In this document: positions 1-10,073 of the stretch, in pieces | Position numbering within the stretch: position 1 is the stretch's first letter | Layout: each line of letters begins with the position of its first letter | Source of the DNA: Sphingomonas sp. | GTDB lineage: Bacteria; Pseudomonadota; Alphaproteobacteria; Sphingomonadales; Sphingomonadaceae | Direction: 5' to 3' | Assembly: GCF_023266535.1 (NCBI RefSeq) | Contig: NZ_JAHFPY010000002.1 | Span: 10,217-74,216, forward strand | Length of the DNA: 64,000 nucleotides | Notes under the pieces: model-generated | Told to the model about the DNA's origin: nothing | The model's input: the letters and a program-made list of their open reading frames with translations, nothing else | Databases searched by the model: none | Position numbers and translations under genes: made by a program

Positions 1-97
1 CGTCGAGCGCGCTTTCGATGATGAAACCGATGTCGCCGGCGACTGCGTCCGCCATTTCCTCGACACTGTCATAGTCCCACCATTCGGCTTCGATCAT
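1..97 (-). CDS. 5' end of a gene that runs out of the window (MIEAEWWDYDSVEEMADAVAGDIGFIIESALD...); possibly 6-phosphogluconolactonase-like
   Basis: ATG at 95-97 on the minus strand. AAGGAG (complement of 104-109) lies 6 nt upstream. The frame stays open to the window edge. Function is only weakly suggested by the N-terminal pattern and the zwf neighbourhood. Confidence 0.35.
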   Translation of the reverse strand, partial: MIEAEWWDYDSVEEMADAVAGDIGFIIESALD

Positions 98-186
98 CGC
101 TGGCTCCTTTTGCGAGGCCCTTGCCGGAAGCGAATGAAAAAGGCCAGCCGGTGGAGAAGCCCCTCCACCATGTTTCACATGGTCCC

Positions 187-205
187 CCTCCCCGTGCCGG
201 GGAGG
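187..205. repeat. GC-rich hairpin CCTCCCCG-TGC-CGGGGAGG, a member of the CCCCTCCCC/GGGGAGGGG palindrome family
   Basis: Perfect 8-bp inverted repeat immediately downstream of the TonB-like stop codon (208-210). The same arm sequence recurs at 12695-12718, 51425-51448 and 61049-61146. Confidence 0.6.
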
Positions 206-207
206 AT

Positions 208-969
208 TTACCGCTGGACGTAGCCATACCAAGCCACCACCGGCCGGCCGCTGGTGTCGGTGGCGGGGCGGAAGCGCAGGCGGGTTTCGACCAGGCGGCA
301 GGTCCATTGGTCGATGGCCGGGACGCCGCTCGACTTGTTGATCTTGCAGTCGGTACCGCGGCCGTCGAGCTGCACCCTGACGGCGACTGCGACAAAGGCG
401 TCGCGGCTGCGCGGCCAATAGGCGGTGACCGCGTCCGGATAGTCGCGCCGGCTGAGCGACGGCGTGATCAGTTGCGGCCGCGTGCCAATGCCGCCCGTCC
501 CTCCCCCACCAATGCCGCTGCCCGATCCGACGCTGCCGGTGCCGGTCCCCTGCCCGCCCGCGCCGGTGCCGGGACCGATCACGGTCGACGCGCCCTGGGT
601 CGGCTGATTCCCTTGGTTGGGGGTCTGCGTGGCGGGAATCGGTTTGGACTGCGGCAATTCAATCTTGGGCTTGGGCTGGACGACCGGCGTCGCCTTGCTC
701 TCGATATTCCTGGCCGAGGCGGCGCCCTCCTCGCGTTTGGGCTTGGCCTGCTGCTTGTCCGGTTGAAGCTCGACCGCCGGCGGCGGGGGTAGGTCGGTGA
801 CGGTCAACAGCTCGACCACCTGCTCCGGCAATTGCTGGCGGGCGGCGGGAGAGATGTTGATCAGCACGAACGCCAGGACGACGTGAATCGCCACCACCGC
901 CAAAGCGATGACGGCGCGGTCGCGGCGGGTGAGCTGAGCTTGATACATGGGTACCCAACGTTGGCGCAT
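208..969 (-). CDS. TonB family energy transducer
   Basis: 253-aa ORF with an N-terminal TM helix (AVIALAVVAIHVVLAFVLINI), a Pro/Lys-rich spacer, a Gly-rich linker and a TonB-type C-terminal domain. The start could instead be the internal Met at 948. Confidence 0.8.
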   Translation of the reverse strand: MRQRWVPMYQAQLTRRDRAVIALAVVAIHVVLAFVLINISPAARQQLPEQVVELLTVTDLPPPPAVELQPDKQQAKPKREEGAASARNIESKATPVVQPKPKIELPQSKPIPATQTPNQGNQPTQGASTVIGPGTGAGGQGTGTGSVGSGSGIGGGGTGGIGTRPQLITPSLSRRDYPDAVTAYWPRSRDAFVAVAVRVQLDGRGTDCKINKSSGVPAIDQWTCRLVETRLRFRPATDTSGRPVVAWYGYVQR

Positions 970-983
970 GGGTAGCGGTTTCG

Positions 984-1865
984 TTACGCCCGCGACTGGA
1001 GCGCCTGATGGGCCAGGATCAGGGCCCCGCGCTGGCCGGCGTCCGCACCCAGACGCGCCGCGACGATGGGCGCGCGCTCGCCGATGTAAGGCAGATAGCC
1101 GCCGAGCTTGGCCGCGGTCCTGAAGGCAATTTCCTCAACCAGCCAGTGGCGCTGGTTGATGACGCCGCCACCCAGCACGATCCGCTCGCTGGCAAGGGTC
1201 AGAAAGATGCTGGAGCAGCCCTCGGCCAGCGCATCGATCACCGGCGGCCAGATGGGGCTGTCGTCGGCCACTTCATGGGCAGGTTGGCGGGTGCGGGCGG
1301 AAATGGCCGGGCCCGACGCCAGTCCCTCTAGGCAATCCTCATGATAGGTGCAGACGCCGCCAAAGCGGTCGCCCTCCATGCGCCGAACGCGGAGGTGGCC
1401 TGCCTCGGGATGGAGCGAGGCGACCACCGGCTTACCGCCGACGATCAGTCCCATGCCGATGCCGGTGCCGACGGTGATGTAGACAAAGTCGTGGCAGCCG
1501 ATTGCCGCGCCGTATGCGCCCTCGGCGAGCGCGGCGCCGGTGACGTCGGTGTGGATTTTGGCGGGGCAGTTGAGCGCGCGCTGGAGCGCGCCGAGCACGT
1601 CGGCGCCGTCCCAGCCGGGCTTCACCGTCGAGACGATATGGCCATAGTCGGCCTGGCCGCTGTCAAGCTGCAGCGGGCCGAAGCTGGCGATGCCGAGCGC
1701 TTCGATCGGCTGCTGCTCATGCCATTGGCGGAGCTGGTCGGCGATACGGACCAGCGTGTCGGGCCCGTCCGTGACGGCAAGCCGGCAGCGCTCGACGATC
1801 TCCCGCGGCGAACCCAGCGCCAGATTGGCGTTGGTGCCGCCGAGTTCGAGCCCAGCAAGCCTCAT
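984..1865 (-). CDS. ROK family sugar kinase, fructokinase-like
   Basis: N-terminal LELGGTN ATP-binding motif. ROK zinc motif GHLRV...GVCTYHEDCLEGLASGPAI resembles the CxYHxxCLEGxASGPA motif of ROK fructokinases. Lies 9 bp downstream of zwf. Confidence 0.8.
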   Translation of the reverse strand: MRLAGLELGGTNANLALGSPREIVERCRLAVTDGPDTLVRIADQLRQWHEQQPIEALGIASFGPLQLDSGQADYGHIVSTVKPGWDGADVLGALQRALNCPAKIHTDVTGAALAEGAYGAAIGCHDFVYITVGTGIGMGLIVGGKPVVASLHPEAGHLRVRRMEGDRFGGVCTYHEDCLEGLASGPAISARTRQPAHEVADDSPIWPPVIDALAEGCSSIFLTLASERIVLGGGVINQRHWLVEEIAFRTAAKLGGYLPYIGERAPIVAARLGADAGQRGALILAHQALQSRA

Positions 1866-1874
1866 GAGCTAAGG

Positions 1875-3332
1875 TCAGTCATGCCAGTGGACGCCGTCGC
1901 GTTCGGTGAGCGCGATGGCCGCCGAGGGGCCCCAGCTGCCGGCGCCATAGGGCTTGGGCGTCAGGCCGGTCCCTTCCCAGGCGGCGCGGACGCCGTCGAT
2001 CCACTGCCATTGCGCCTCGACCTCGTCCCGGCGGACGAACAGGGTCGGATCGCCGTCGATCAAGTCGAGCAGCAGCCGCTCATAGGCAATGCGGCGGCGC
2101 GCATCGGCGAAGGCATTGGCCAGGCCGACGTCCAGAGGGACCTCGCGCAGGCGGATGCCCTCGCGATCGAGCCCGGGGGTCTTGGCCATCACCAGCAAGC
2201 GGATATTCTCTTCGGGCTGAATCGCGATGACCAGCTTGTTGGGTTGGGTCCGCGCCCCGCGCGAGGCGAAAATCGAGTGCGGCACGCATTTGAACTGGAT
2301 GAAGATCTCGGTCTTGCGCTCGGCCATCCGCTTGCCCGTGCGAAGATAGAAGGGGACGCCTGCCCAGCGCCAATTTTCGATATTGGCCTTCAACGCGACA
2401 AAGGTTTCGGTGGTCGACTCCTGGCCCAGTTCCTCGGTGTAGCCGGGAACGGGCTGGCCGCCGACCGCGCCCTTGGCATATTGGCCCGTAACGACATGGT
2501 CGGCGACGTCGTCGGACCGCATCGGGCGAAGCGTCCGCAGCACCTTGACCTTCTCATCGCGGATCGACGTCGCGTCGAAGTCGGCCGGCGGTTCCATCGC
2601 CACCAGCGCCAGCAGTTGCAGCATATGGTTCTGGACCATGTCACGCAGTGCGCCGGCGCCGTCATAGTAAGCGCCGCGCTCCTCCAGCCCGATGCATTCG
2701 GCGACAGTGATCTGGACATGGTCGATGTGGGCCGAGTTCCATAGCGGCTCGAACATCGAATTGGCGAAGCGCAGGGCGAGGAGGTTCTGGACGGTCTCCT
2801 TGCCGAGATAATGGTCGATGCGGAAGGTGCGCTCCTCGGGGAAGGCGATGGCGACGGCGTCGTTGATCACCCGGCTGGAGGCGAGATCGGTGCCGAGCGG
2901 CTTTTCCAGCGCGAGGCGCACCCTGGGGCCGGTCAGGCCATTGGCTTCCAGCCCGTCGATGACCGCCTTGAACAGGGTCGGCGCGGTCGACAGGAAAATG
3001 GCGAGGCCGGCATCGGGATCGACGGTCTTGGCGAGCTTCCTGAAGCCCTCCGGCTTGGTCGCATCGAGGCAGACGTAGGTCAGCCGGCGCGAGAAAACCA
3101 AGGCGGTCTTGGGATCGTAGAAATTTGCCGGGACATGCTCCTTCAGCGCTTCGACCGCGCTGGCCCGATATTGCTCGTCGCTGAGTTCGCTTCGCGCCGT
3201 CCCGACAATCTTGAAATTGGCGGGCAGCAGCCCATCGGCGTGCAGGCCGTAGAGCGAGGGTAGCAGCATGCGGTGCGCGAGGTCGCCGGTCGCGCCGAAC
3301 AGCAGCAGGGTCGAAACCTGGTCCGGAGTCAT
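1875..3332 (-). CDS. zwf: glucose-6-phosphate 1-dehydrogenase
   Basis: 485 aa. Contains the LLLFGATGDLAHRML dinucleotide-binding motif and the RIDHYLGKE active-site motif. Confidence 0.95.
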   Translation of the reverse strand: MTPDQVSTLLLFGATGDLAHRMLLPSLYGLHADGLLPANFKIVGTARSELSDEQYRASAVEALKEHVPANFYDPKTALVFSRRLTYVCLDATKPEGFRKLAKTVDPDAGLAIFLSTAPTLFKAVIDGLEANGLTGPRVRLALEKPLGTDLASSRVINDAVAIAFPEERTFRIDHYLGKETVQNLLALRFANSMFEPLWNSAHIDHVQITVAECIGLEERGAYYDGAGALRDMVQNHMLQLLALVAMEPPADFDATSIRDEKVKVLRTLRPMRSDDVADHVVTGQYAKGAVGGQPVPGYTEELGQESTTETFVALKANIENWRWAGVPFYLRTGKRMAERKTEIFIQFKCVPHSIFASRGARTQPNKLVIAIQPEENIRLLVMAKTPGLDREGIRLREVPLDVGLANAFADARRRIAYERLLLDLIDGDPTLFVRRDEVEAQWQWIDGVRAAWEGTGLTPKPYGAGSWGPSAAIALTERDGVHWHD

Positions 3333-3391
3333 GCCTTCTCCCTAACGACTGGCAGCGGACTATGGGGCGGCAGTCGAGCCGCCGCAACCGG

Positions 3392-4777
3392 TCAGGACGG
3401 CGGGTACAGCGAGTCCCCGCCGAGCGCGCGGTACAGGTCGACCAGGTTGGTCGCGCTTTCCAGCCGCATCTCCACCAGCGCCTGCTGCGCGGCGAAATAG
3501 GTCCGCTGCGAATCCAGGGTGAGCAGGAAATTGTCGATGCCGGCGCGGTAGCGAGCCTCCGACAGGCGGTAATTGTCGGCTGCCGAGTCTCGCTGTGACT
3601 GGCGGGCGCGGAGTTCGTCGCCGGACGTTCCCTGGCGAGCGAGCGCGTCGCTGACCTCGCGGAACGCGGTCTGGATCGCCTTCTGATAGCCAGCGAGCGC
3701 GGCGTCGCGCTGGGCCTGCGACAGGCGGACATTGGCGATGCCCGCGCCGGCGTGGAAAATCGAGTAGGTCGCGTCGGCCGAAGCATTCCAGCCGAACGCG
3801 CCGTCGCTGAACAAGCCGGAGAGCGAGCTGCTGGCGAGGCCGAGCAGGCCGGTCAGCGAGATACGCGGGAACAGCGCCGCGCGGGCAGCACCAATCTCGG
3901 CATTGGCGGCGCGCAGCTGATATTCCGCCTGCATCACGTCGGGCCGGCGCAGTAGCACCAGCGAACTGACGCCGGCGGCAAGCGGATGAACGGTCGGAGC
4001 GGCCTGCTCGATCGATTCAGGGAGCAGCTGTGGATCGATCGGTGCGCCGACCAGCAGTTGCAGCAAGTTGACGTCCTGGGCGAGCGCGGTGCGTTGGCGG
4101 GCGACGCTGGCGTTGGCGCCATAGAGCACAAGCTCCGCCTGGCGGAGATCGGTGCGCGGGGCGATGCCACCCTGCAGCCGGGCGCTAGTCAGGGTGACGC
4201 TGCGCTGGGCGCTGGCCGCGGTTTCCTCGGCAATCCTGAGCAGGCTGGCGTCGGCGCCATAGGTCAGCCAGGCATCGGAAATGTCGGCGACCAGCGCCAG
4301 GCGGGTCGCGCGGGCCGCCGCCTCGCTGGCGAAGTAGCGGTTGAGCTGGGCCTTGGTCAGCGAACGAATGCGGCCGAACAGGTCGAGCTCGAAGCTGGGG
4401 ATGCCGACGCCGGCGGTGAACTCGGCGTCGGCGCCGCCCGTATCGTTCTTCGTCCCGGTCACGCCGGTCTGCACATCCAGCTTCGGGAACAGCGCGGCGC
4501 GCTGGATACGATGCTGGGCGCGGGCAGCTGCGATATTGGCGGCCGCCGCAGCCAGATCCTGGTTGTTGGCGAGGCCTTGCTGGATCAGCGCCTGCAGCCG
4601 CGGATCGCGGAAAATCTCCTGGTAGGTGACCGACGGGAGGCCGGCTTCGCTCTGGCGGAGATAGGCATCGCCGATCGGCCACGAAGCCGGGATGGCGGCG
4701 TTGGGCTGGTGATAGGCGGGCTCCATCGTCATGCAGCCGGCCAGTAGCAGGGTCATCAGGGGCGAGACCCGCTTCAT
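3392..4777 (-). CDS. RND efflux outer membrane factor lipoprotein (NodT family)
   Basis: Internal start MKRVSPLMTLLLAGC carries a lipobox. The ATG at 4775-4777 overlaps the stop of the upstream RND permease (ATGA). The rest shows a two-repeat OMF pattern. The longer 626-aa ORF extension is the antisense shadow of the pump gene. Confidence 0.9.
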   Translation of the reverse strand: MKRVSPLMTLLLAGCMTMEPAYHQPNAAIPASWPIGDAYLRQSEAGLPSVTYQEIFRDPRLQALIQQGLANNQDLAAAAANIAAARAQHRIQRAALFPKLDVQTGVTGTKNDTGGADAEFTAGVGIPSFELDLFGRIRSLTKAQLNRYFASEAAARATRLALVADISDAWLTYGADASLLRIAEETAASAQRSVTLTSARLQGGIAPRTDLRQAELVLYGANASVARQRTALAQDVNLLQLLVGAPIDPQLLPESIEQAAPTVHPLAAGVSSLVLLRRPDVMQAEYQLRAANAEIGAARAALFPRISLTGLLGLASSSLSGLFSDGAFGWNASADATYSIFHAGAGIANVRLSQAQRDAALAGYQKAIQTAFREVSDALARQGTSGDELRARQSQRDSAADNYRLSEARYRAGIDNFLLTLDSQRTYFAAQQALVEMRLESATNLVDLYRALGGDSLYPPS

Positions 4778-7700
4778 GCCGCGGCCTCGCGCCGCTGCTG
4801 GCGCCGCTCGCGCAGATAGACCAGCCCGTCCCGCACGCCACGCCGGACCAGCACGAAGAACAGAGGGATGTAGAAGATGGCGAGCAAGGTGGCGGTCAGC
4901 ATGCCGCCGATCACCGAGGTGCCGATGGCGATACGGCTGTTGGCGCCGGCGCCGGTCGAAATCGCCAGCGGCAGCACGCCGAAGATGAAGGAGAAGCTGG
5001 TCATCAGGATCGGCCGGAGCCGGATGCGCGCCGCCTCGAGCGCAGCTTCGATGACGCGCTTGCCTTGTTTCTCGGCGCGTTCGGCGAATTCGACCATCAG
5101 GATCGAGTTTTTGGCCGCCAGTCCCATCGTCGTCAGCAATCCGATCTGCAGATAGACATCGTTCTGCAGCCCGCGCAGGGTGACCGCGAAAATGGCTCCG
5201 ACCAGACCGAGCGGGATTACCAGGATCACCGCGAACGGGATCGACCAGCTTTCGTAGAGCGCCGCGAGGCACAGGAACACGACCAGCAAGGAAATGGCAT
5301 AAAGAAAGGGCGCCTGACCCGAGGAAAGCCGCTCCTCATAGGATTGGCCGGACCAGGCGACTCCAACCCCGGGAATCTGGTTGGCGAGCTTCTCGATCGC
5401 CTTCATTGCATCGCCGCTACTCTTGCCCGGGGCCGGCTGCCCCTGGAGCTCGTAGGATTGGACGCCGAGGAAGCGCGACAGGCTGACCGGCGCGGTCGAC
5501 CATCCGGTCTGGGCGAAGGAGGAGAAGGGCACCATGTCGCCCTGGTCGTTGCGCACCGACCATTGGTCGATGTCCTCCGGCTTGGCGCGGTAAGGCGCGT
5601 CGCCCTGGACATAGACCCGCTTGACCCGGCCGCGGTCGATGAAATCGTTGACGTAGCGCCCGCCCCAGGCGGTCGCGAGCGTGTTGTTGACGTCGGTGGT
5701 GTTGAGCCCGAGCGAGGAAATCCGTTCCTGGTTGATATTGACCTTGAGCGTCGAGACGTCGGGCAGCTCCGACAGGCGAACCTGCTGCAGGTCCGGGTCG
5801 GACGAGGCCATCTGCAGCAGCCGGTCGCGCGCCTCCTCGAACTGGTTGAGGCTCATGCCGCTGATGTTCTGGAGCTGCATGTTGAAGCCGCCGGACTGGC
5901 CGAGACCGCGGATCGAGGGCGGGATCAGCGCGAATACCTGCGCATCGCGATAGCCGTCGAACGCCTTTCGCGCCCGCTGCACCAGCGCGTCGGCATTATT
6001 GTCCTTGCCACGGCGATCCTCGAACGGCGCGAGGTTGATGAACGACTGGCCGGCATTCTGGCCGGTGACGCCCTGGCCGCCGCCGGCGACGATGAAATAA
6101 GCGCGGTAATTCTTATGGTCTGGCCCCCGAGCCAGATAATCCTCGACCGCCAGCTGCATCTCCTTGGTCCGCGCCAGCGTGGCGCCGGCCGGCAGGCGGA
6201 ACTGGATCTGCATCGCGCCCTGGTCCTCGCTCGGCAGGAACCCGGTCGGCAGGCGGAAGAACATGACCGCCAGAACGACGCAGACCAGCGCATAGCCGCC
6301 AAGGAAGCGCCATTTGCGGTCGGTTACGTAAGTGACCGAGCCAACATACCAGTCGCGCAGGCGATTGAAGCCGTTGTTGAACCGCTCGCGGAAGGTGGCG
6401 AGGAACGAGGCCGCGCGCGGAAAGCGATGGCCGAAGCCGGTATCGCGCGGATCGACATGGTTGCGGCGCAACACGCCGGCCGCGATCGCCGGGCTCAGGG
6501 TCATCGCCACGAACACCGACAGCACCATCGCCGAGACGATCGTGGCCGAGAATTGGCGGTAGATGACGCCGGTCGAGCCGCCGAAGAAGACCATCGGCAG
6601 GAACACCGCCGACAGGACCAGCGCGATCGCCACCAGTGCGGTCTGGATTTGGCTCATCGACATGATCGTCGCTTCGCGCGGGCTGAGCCCAGGATTCTCC
6701 TCGAGGATGCGCTCGACATTCTCGACCACGACGATGGCGTCGTCGACCAGCAGGCCGACCGCCAGCACCAGCCCGAACAATGTCATGGTGTTGATCGAGA
6801 AATCCAGCGCGTAGAGGATGCCGAAAGTACCGAGCAACACCACCGGAATGGCGATCGCCGGGACCAAAGTTGCGCGCCAGCTCTGCAGGAAGACGAACAT
6901 GACGATGATCACCAGCAACATCGCCTCGACCAGCGTCTTCACCACCTCCTCAATCGACAGCTTGATGAAGTCAGTGGTGTCGTAGGCGTAGGCATAGCGA
7001 TAGCCGGGCGGGAAGCTGGCGGAGATTTGTTCGACCTTGGCCTTGACCGCGTCGGCGGTCTCCAGCGCGTCCGCGCCGGGAGCAAGAAAGATGGCGATGC
7101 CGGCGCCAGGCTTGCCGTTGAGACGGCGATCGGAACTGTAGTTATCGGCGCCGAGCTCGACCCGCGCGATGTCGCTGAGGCGGACCCGCGCCCCGCTGGA
7201 ATCGGCCTTGACGATGATGTTGCGGAATTGCTCGGGCGTCTGGAACCGCGAGGAGGCTGTCACCGTGGCGTTGAGCATCTGGTCGGGTCCCGAAGGAGTA
7301 CCGCCGACCTCCCCGGCCGCGACCTCGACATTCTGGGCGGTAATGGCGCTGATCACGTCGCCCGGCATCAGCGAGACGGAGCGCAGCTTGGCCGGGTCCA
7401 GCCAGATGCGCATCGCATAGGGCGAACCGAACACGTTGATGTCGCCGACGCCGGGCACGCGGGCCAGCGTGTCCTGCATGTTGCTCGACAGCCAGTCGGA
7501 CACATCCATGTCGGTCGTCCGGCCGCTGTCGTCATAGACGCCGATGATCAGCAGGAAATCGTTGGACGATTTGGTGACCGGTATGCCTTGTTGCTGGACC
7601 TGCTGCGGCATGCGCGACAGGGCCGGCTGCACGACATTCTGCACCTGGACCTGCGCAATGTCGGGATCCGTGCCCTTTTCGAAGGTGACGTTGATCGTCG

Positions 7701-7962
7701 CCTGTCCGCGTGAGCTCGACGACGACTGGAAATAGATCATGCCATCGAGGCCAGTCAGCTGCTGCTCGAGGACCTGGGTGACGCTGTCCTGCAGGGTCTG
7801 GGCCGATGCGCCGGGATAGGTCGCGCGGATATTGACCGTCGGCGGCGCGACATCCGGATATTGGGCAATCGGCAGGCGCGTAATCGCGCCGATGCCGAGC
7901 AGCATGATGATGATCGCAATCACCCATGCGAAGATCGGCCGATCGATGAAGACGCGCGACAC
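4774..7962 (-). CDS. RND multidrug efflux permease (AcrB/MexB-like, HAE1)
   Basis: 1062 aa. Typical N-terminus MSRVFIDRPIFAWVIAIIIML, 12-TM architecture and conserved VDDAIVVVENVER motif. Confidence 0.95.
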   Translation of the reverse strand: MSRVFIDRPIFAWVIAIIIMLLGIGAITRLPIAQYPDVAPPTVNIRATYPGASAQTLQDSVTQVLEQQLTGLDGMIYFQSSSSSRGQATINVTFEKGTDPDIAQVQVQNVVQPALSRMPQQVQQQGIPVTKSSNDFLLIIGVYDDSGRTTDMDVSDWLSSNMQDTLARVPGVGDINVFGSPYAMRIWLDPAKLRSVSLMPGDVISAITAQNVEVAAGEVGGTPSGPDQMLNATVTASSRFQTPEQFRNIIVKADSSGARVRLSDIARVELGADNYSSDRRLNGKPGAGIAIFLAPGADALETADAVKAKVEQISASFPPGYRYAYAYDTTDFIKLSIEEVVKTLVEAMLLVIIVMFVFLQSWRATLVPAIAIPVVLLGTFGILYALDFSINTMTLFGLVLAVGLLVDDAIVVVENVERILEENPGLSPREATIMSMSQIQTALVAIALVLSAVFLPMVFFGGSTGVIYRQFSATIVSAMVLSVFVAMTLSPAIAAGVLRRNHVDPRDTGFGHRFPRAASFLATFRERFNNGFNRLRDWYVGSVTYVTDRKWRFLGGYALVCVVLAVMFFRLPTGFLPSEDQGAMQIQFRLPAGATLARTKEMQLAVEDYLARGPDHKNYRAYFIVAGGGQGVTGQNAGQSFINLAPFEDRRGKDNNADALVQRARKAFDGYRDAQVFALIPPSIRGLGQSGGFNMQLQNISGMSLNQFEEARDRLLQMASSDPDLQQVRLSELPDVSTLKVNINQERISSLGLNTTDVNNTLATAWGGRYVNDFIDRGRVKRVYVQGDAPYRAKPEDIDQWSVRNDQGDMVPFSSFAQTGWSTAPVSLSRFLGVQSYELQGQPAPGKSSGDAMKAIEKLANQIPGVGVAWSGQSYEERLSSGQAPFLYAISLLVVFLCLAALYESWSIPFAVILVIPLGLVGAIFAVTLRGLQNDVYLQIGLLTTMGLAAKNSILMVEFAERAEKQGKRVIEAALEAARIRLRPILMTSFSFIFGVLPLAISTGAGANSRIAIGTSVIGGMLTATLLAIFYIPLFFVLVRRGVRDGLVYLRERRQQRREAAA

Positions 7963-7968
7963 GGAGGC

Positions 7969-9180
7969 TTAGCGACCCGCCGGAGCCTTGGCAGCTCCTG
8001 TCCTTTGCGGCGTAGAGGCAACGACCGGCTTCAGCTTGGCGCCTTCCTTCACCTTGCCAAGGCCCTGGGTGATGACCTTTTCGCCGCCGGCGAGGCCCTG
8101 GGTTACGACCCAGTTGGTGCCGTCGGTGCGGTCGGCGACGACCGTTCGTGCGACGGCGGTGTTGCCTTGCCCGACGATCCATAAGGTCGCGTTACCCTTG
8201 GGATCGCGCGAAATCGCCGCCTGCGGGACCAGGTAGGCCGTAGTGTCGACCGACTGGGAAAAGCTCGACGTGACGAACATACCGGGGAGCAGGAGGCCCT
8301 GCGGGTTGGGGAAGCGGGCGCGGAGGGTAACCGAGCCTGTGCCGGCATCGACCACTACCTCGGTGAACTGGACCGTTCCGGTGTAGCCATAATCGCTCCC
8401 GTCGGGGAGCTTGAGGCGCACCTGCGTGGTCATCGGAATGGCGCCGCCCTGGGCCAGCGAACGACGCAGGGCCAGGAGATCGGGCGCCGACTGCTGGATG
8501 TCGACATAGACCGGATCGAGGCGCGTGATGGTCGTCAGCGCGTCGGCCTGATTGGCGGTAACGAGCGCTCCCTCGGTGAATTTCGAAAGGCCGATCCGTC
8601 CGGTGATCGGGGCCGGGACGCTGGTGTAGCGCAGGTTGATCTGGGCCGTCCGCAGCGCCGCGCTGTTCTGGGCGATCGAGGCAGTGGCCTGGCGCGCCTG
8701 GGCCAGCGCATCGCTATAATCCTGCTTGGAAACGGCCTCCATCTCGGCCAGCGGCTTATAGCGCTCGGCCCGGGCGCGGGCGGCTTCAGCGCTGGCGCGG
8801 GCGCTCTGCACATTGGCCACCGCCTGCGACACCTGTGCCTGATAGAGGCTGGGGTCGATTTGATAGAGGGTCTGTCCTTGCCGGACGACCGATCCCTCGG
8901 CGAACAGGCGACGCGTCATGACCCCGGAAACCTGCGGCCGAACCTCGGAGATTTGGAAGGCGGCGATCCGGCCCGGCAGCGATTGTTCGACCGGGACGCT
9001 GGACGGCCAGATGACGACATAGCCGACCTCGATCGGTCCGCCGGCACCGCCCTTGCCGTCACTGGTGCCATTTCCGCATGCGGACGCCATCAGCATCAGC
9101 GCAGTCAGTCCACCGCAACGCACGATCGAACGACCTGAAACGCCAAATGCCATTGCGGATCCTTGTGCACGCGCCACCAA
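7969..9180 (-). CDS. RND efflux periplasmic adaptor (membrane fusion protein)
   Basis: 403 aa with lipoprotein-like signal LMLMASAC and coiled-coil, lipoyl and beta-barrel regions typical of AcrA/MexA. Lies 6 bp upstream of the pump gene. The start may be the Met at 9153. Confidence 0.9.
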   Translation of the reverse strand: MVARAQGSAMAFGVSGRSIVRCGGLTALMLMASACGNGTSDGKGGAGGPIEVGYVVIWPSSVPVEQSLPGRIAAFQISEVRPQVSGVMTRRLFAEGSVVRQGQTLYQIDPSLYQAQVSQAVANVQSARASAEAARARAERYKPLAEMEAVSKQDYSDALAQARQATASIAQNSAALRTAQINLRYTSVPAPITGRIGLSKFTEGALVTANQADALTTITRLDPVYVDIQQSAPDLLALRRSLAQGGAIPMTTQVRLKLPDGSDYGYTGTVQFTEVVVDAGTGSVTLRARFPNPQGLLLPGMFVTSSFSQSVDTTAYLVPQAAISRDPKGNATLWIVGQGNTAVARTVVADRTDGTNWVVTQGLAGGEKVITQGLGKVKEGAKLKPVVASTPQRTGAAKAPAGR

Positions 9181-9371
9181 TGCGGCTGGGCCTCATAGCA
9201 GCTGTCACCACCGGTCACAGCCAGGCATACCGCCCTTAGCGGGTCCAGTATGACGGTTCGTCGAACTATTTGTTACAGGAAAGCAGAATCCGTTGCGGCG
9301 CAAGACCAAAGGCTGCGCACTGTCGGTCTCGATTTGGGTGGATTGGCCCCGCCTTTTTGGGACCAAATCGA

Positions 9372-9390
9372 TGGCGGAGAGGGTGGGATT
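9372..9390 (-). repeat. 19-bp direct copy of the 3' end of tRNA-Ser (att-like scar)
   Basis: tggcggagagggtgggatt at 9372-9390 is identical to 9486-9504, which is the T-arm 3' half, acceptor 3' strand and CCA of the tRNA on the minus strand. Confidence 0.7.
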
Positions 9391-9454
9391 GACCTCGCAT
9401 CGCTCGGTCGCCTTCGGCCCGAACCCGGTGAGTTCTCACCCAGCCCTGAACCAC

Positions 9455-9478
9455 AAAAAAGCCCCCGAAATCGGGGGC
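9455..9478 (-). terminator. rho-independent terminator downstream of tRNA-Ser
   Basis: Hairpin GCCCCCG-AAAT-CGGGGGC at 9461-9478. The A6 run on the plus strand at 9455-9460 is a U-run on the minus-strand transcript. Confidence 0.7.
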
Positions 9479-9485
9479 ATTTTCG

Positions 9486-9575
<90 letters not shown>

Positions 9576-9793
9576 GCAAGATCAGGATGCTGGCCGGCAC
9601 TGGCCGGCGTTGGTCGGGGGCGGCCTCTAGCAGCGGTTGCCGCAACTGCAAAGCCCGCTTTTGCGTCGCATGCGGGCAGGCGGATCCTGTTACATTTGAC
9701 GACAATTCCCCTGCTTTGCGGCAAAATCCGGTGACATCCATCGATCAGGAAGGAGCGGCAGGCGCGGCTGCCCCGTGCCGCCACGAGGAGAAT

Positions 9794-9991
9794 ATGATGC
9801 GCAAGTTTGCTTATGCGATCGTCGCTGGCTCGCTGCTGGTCAGCGGCTCGGCCTATGCTGCCGGCACGACCACGCCGGCGAAGGACCAGACCACCAAACC
9901 GGTCAAGGTCAAGCCGATGAAGGTCAAGCACGCCAGCAAGCACACCAAGAAGAACGCCAAGCCGGCGCCGGCCGAACCGAAGAACGGCTAG
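9794..9991 (+). CDS. small secreted Lys-rich protein (65 aa), unknown function
   Basis: GGAG at 9787-9790 followed by ATGATG. Signal peptide MMRKFAYAIVAGSLLVSGSAYA|AG, then a Lys/Pro/Thr-rich tail. Its own terminator lies downstream. Confidence 0.55.
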   Translation: MMRKFAYAIVAGSLLVSGSAYAAGTTTPAKDQTTKPVKVKPMKVKHASKHTKKNAKPAPAEPKNG

Positions 9992-10073
9992 GTTCCACCA
10001 ACCTGTAAGGCATTGCACAGGGAAGGCTGGATTACCCCCAAAGACCCGCCTTTTGACTCCTGCTGTGCAAATC

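Noticed and set aside
1341-2744. 467-aa plus-strand ORF
   Set aside because: It is antisense to the ROK kinase and zwf genes. It has no recognisable motifs and a composition-driven open frame.
4778-5272. N-terminal 165-aa extension of the outer-membrane-factor ORF
   Set aside because: The extension overlaps the 3' part of the RND permease gene. An internal Met gives a proper lipoprotein signal and an ATGA junction with the pump stop.
5065-7713. 882-aa plus-strand ORF
   Set aside because: It lies entirely antisense to the well-supported RND permease gene. The product is Arg/Asp/His/Gly-rich low-complexity sequence. This is a typical shadow ORF in high-GC DNA.
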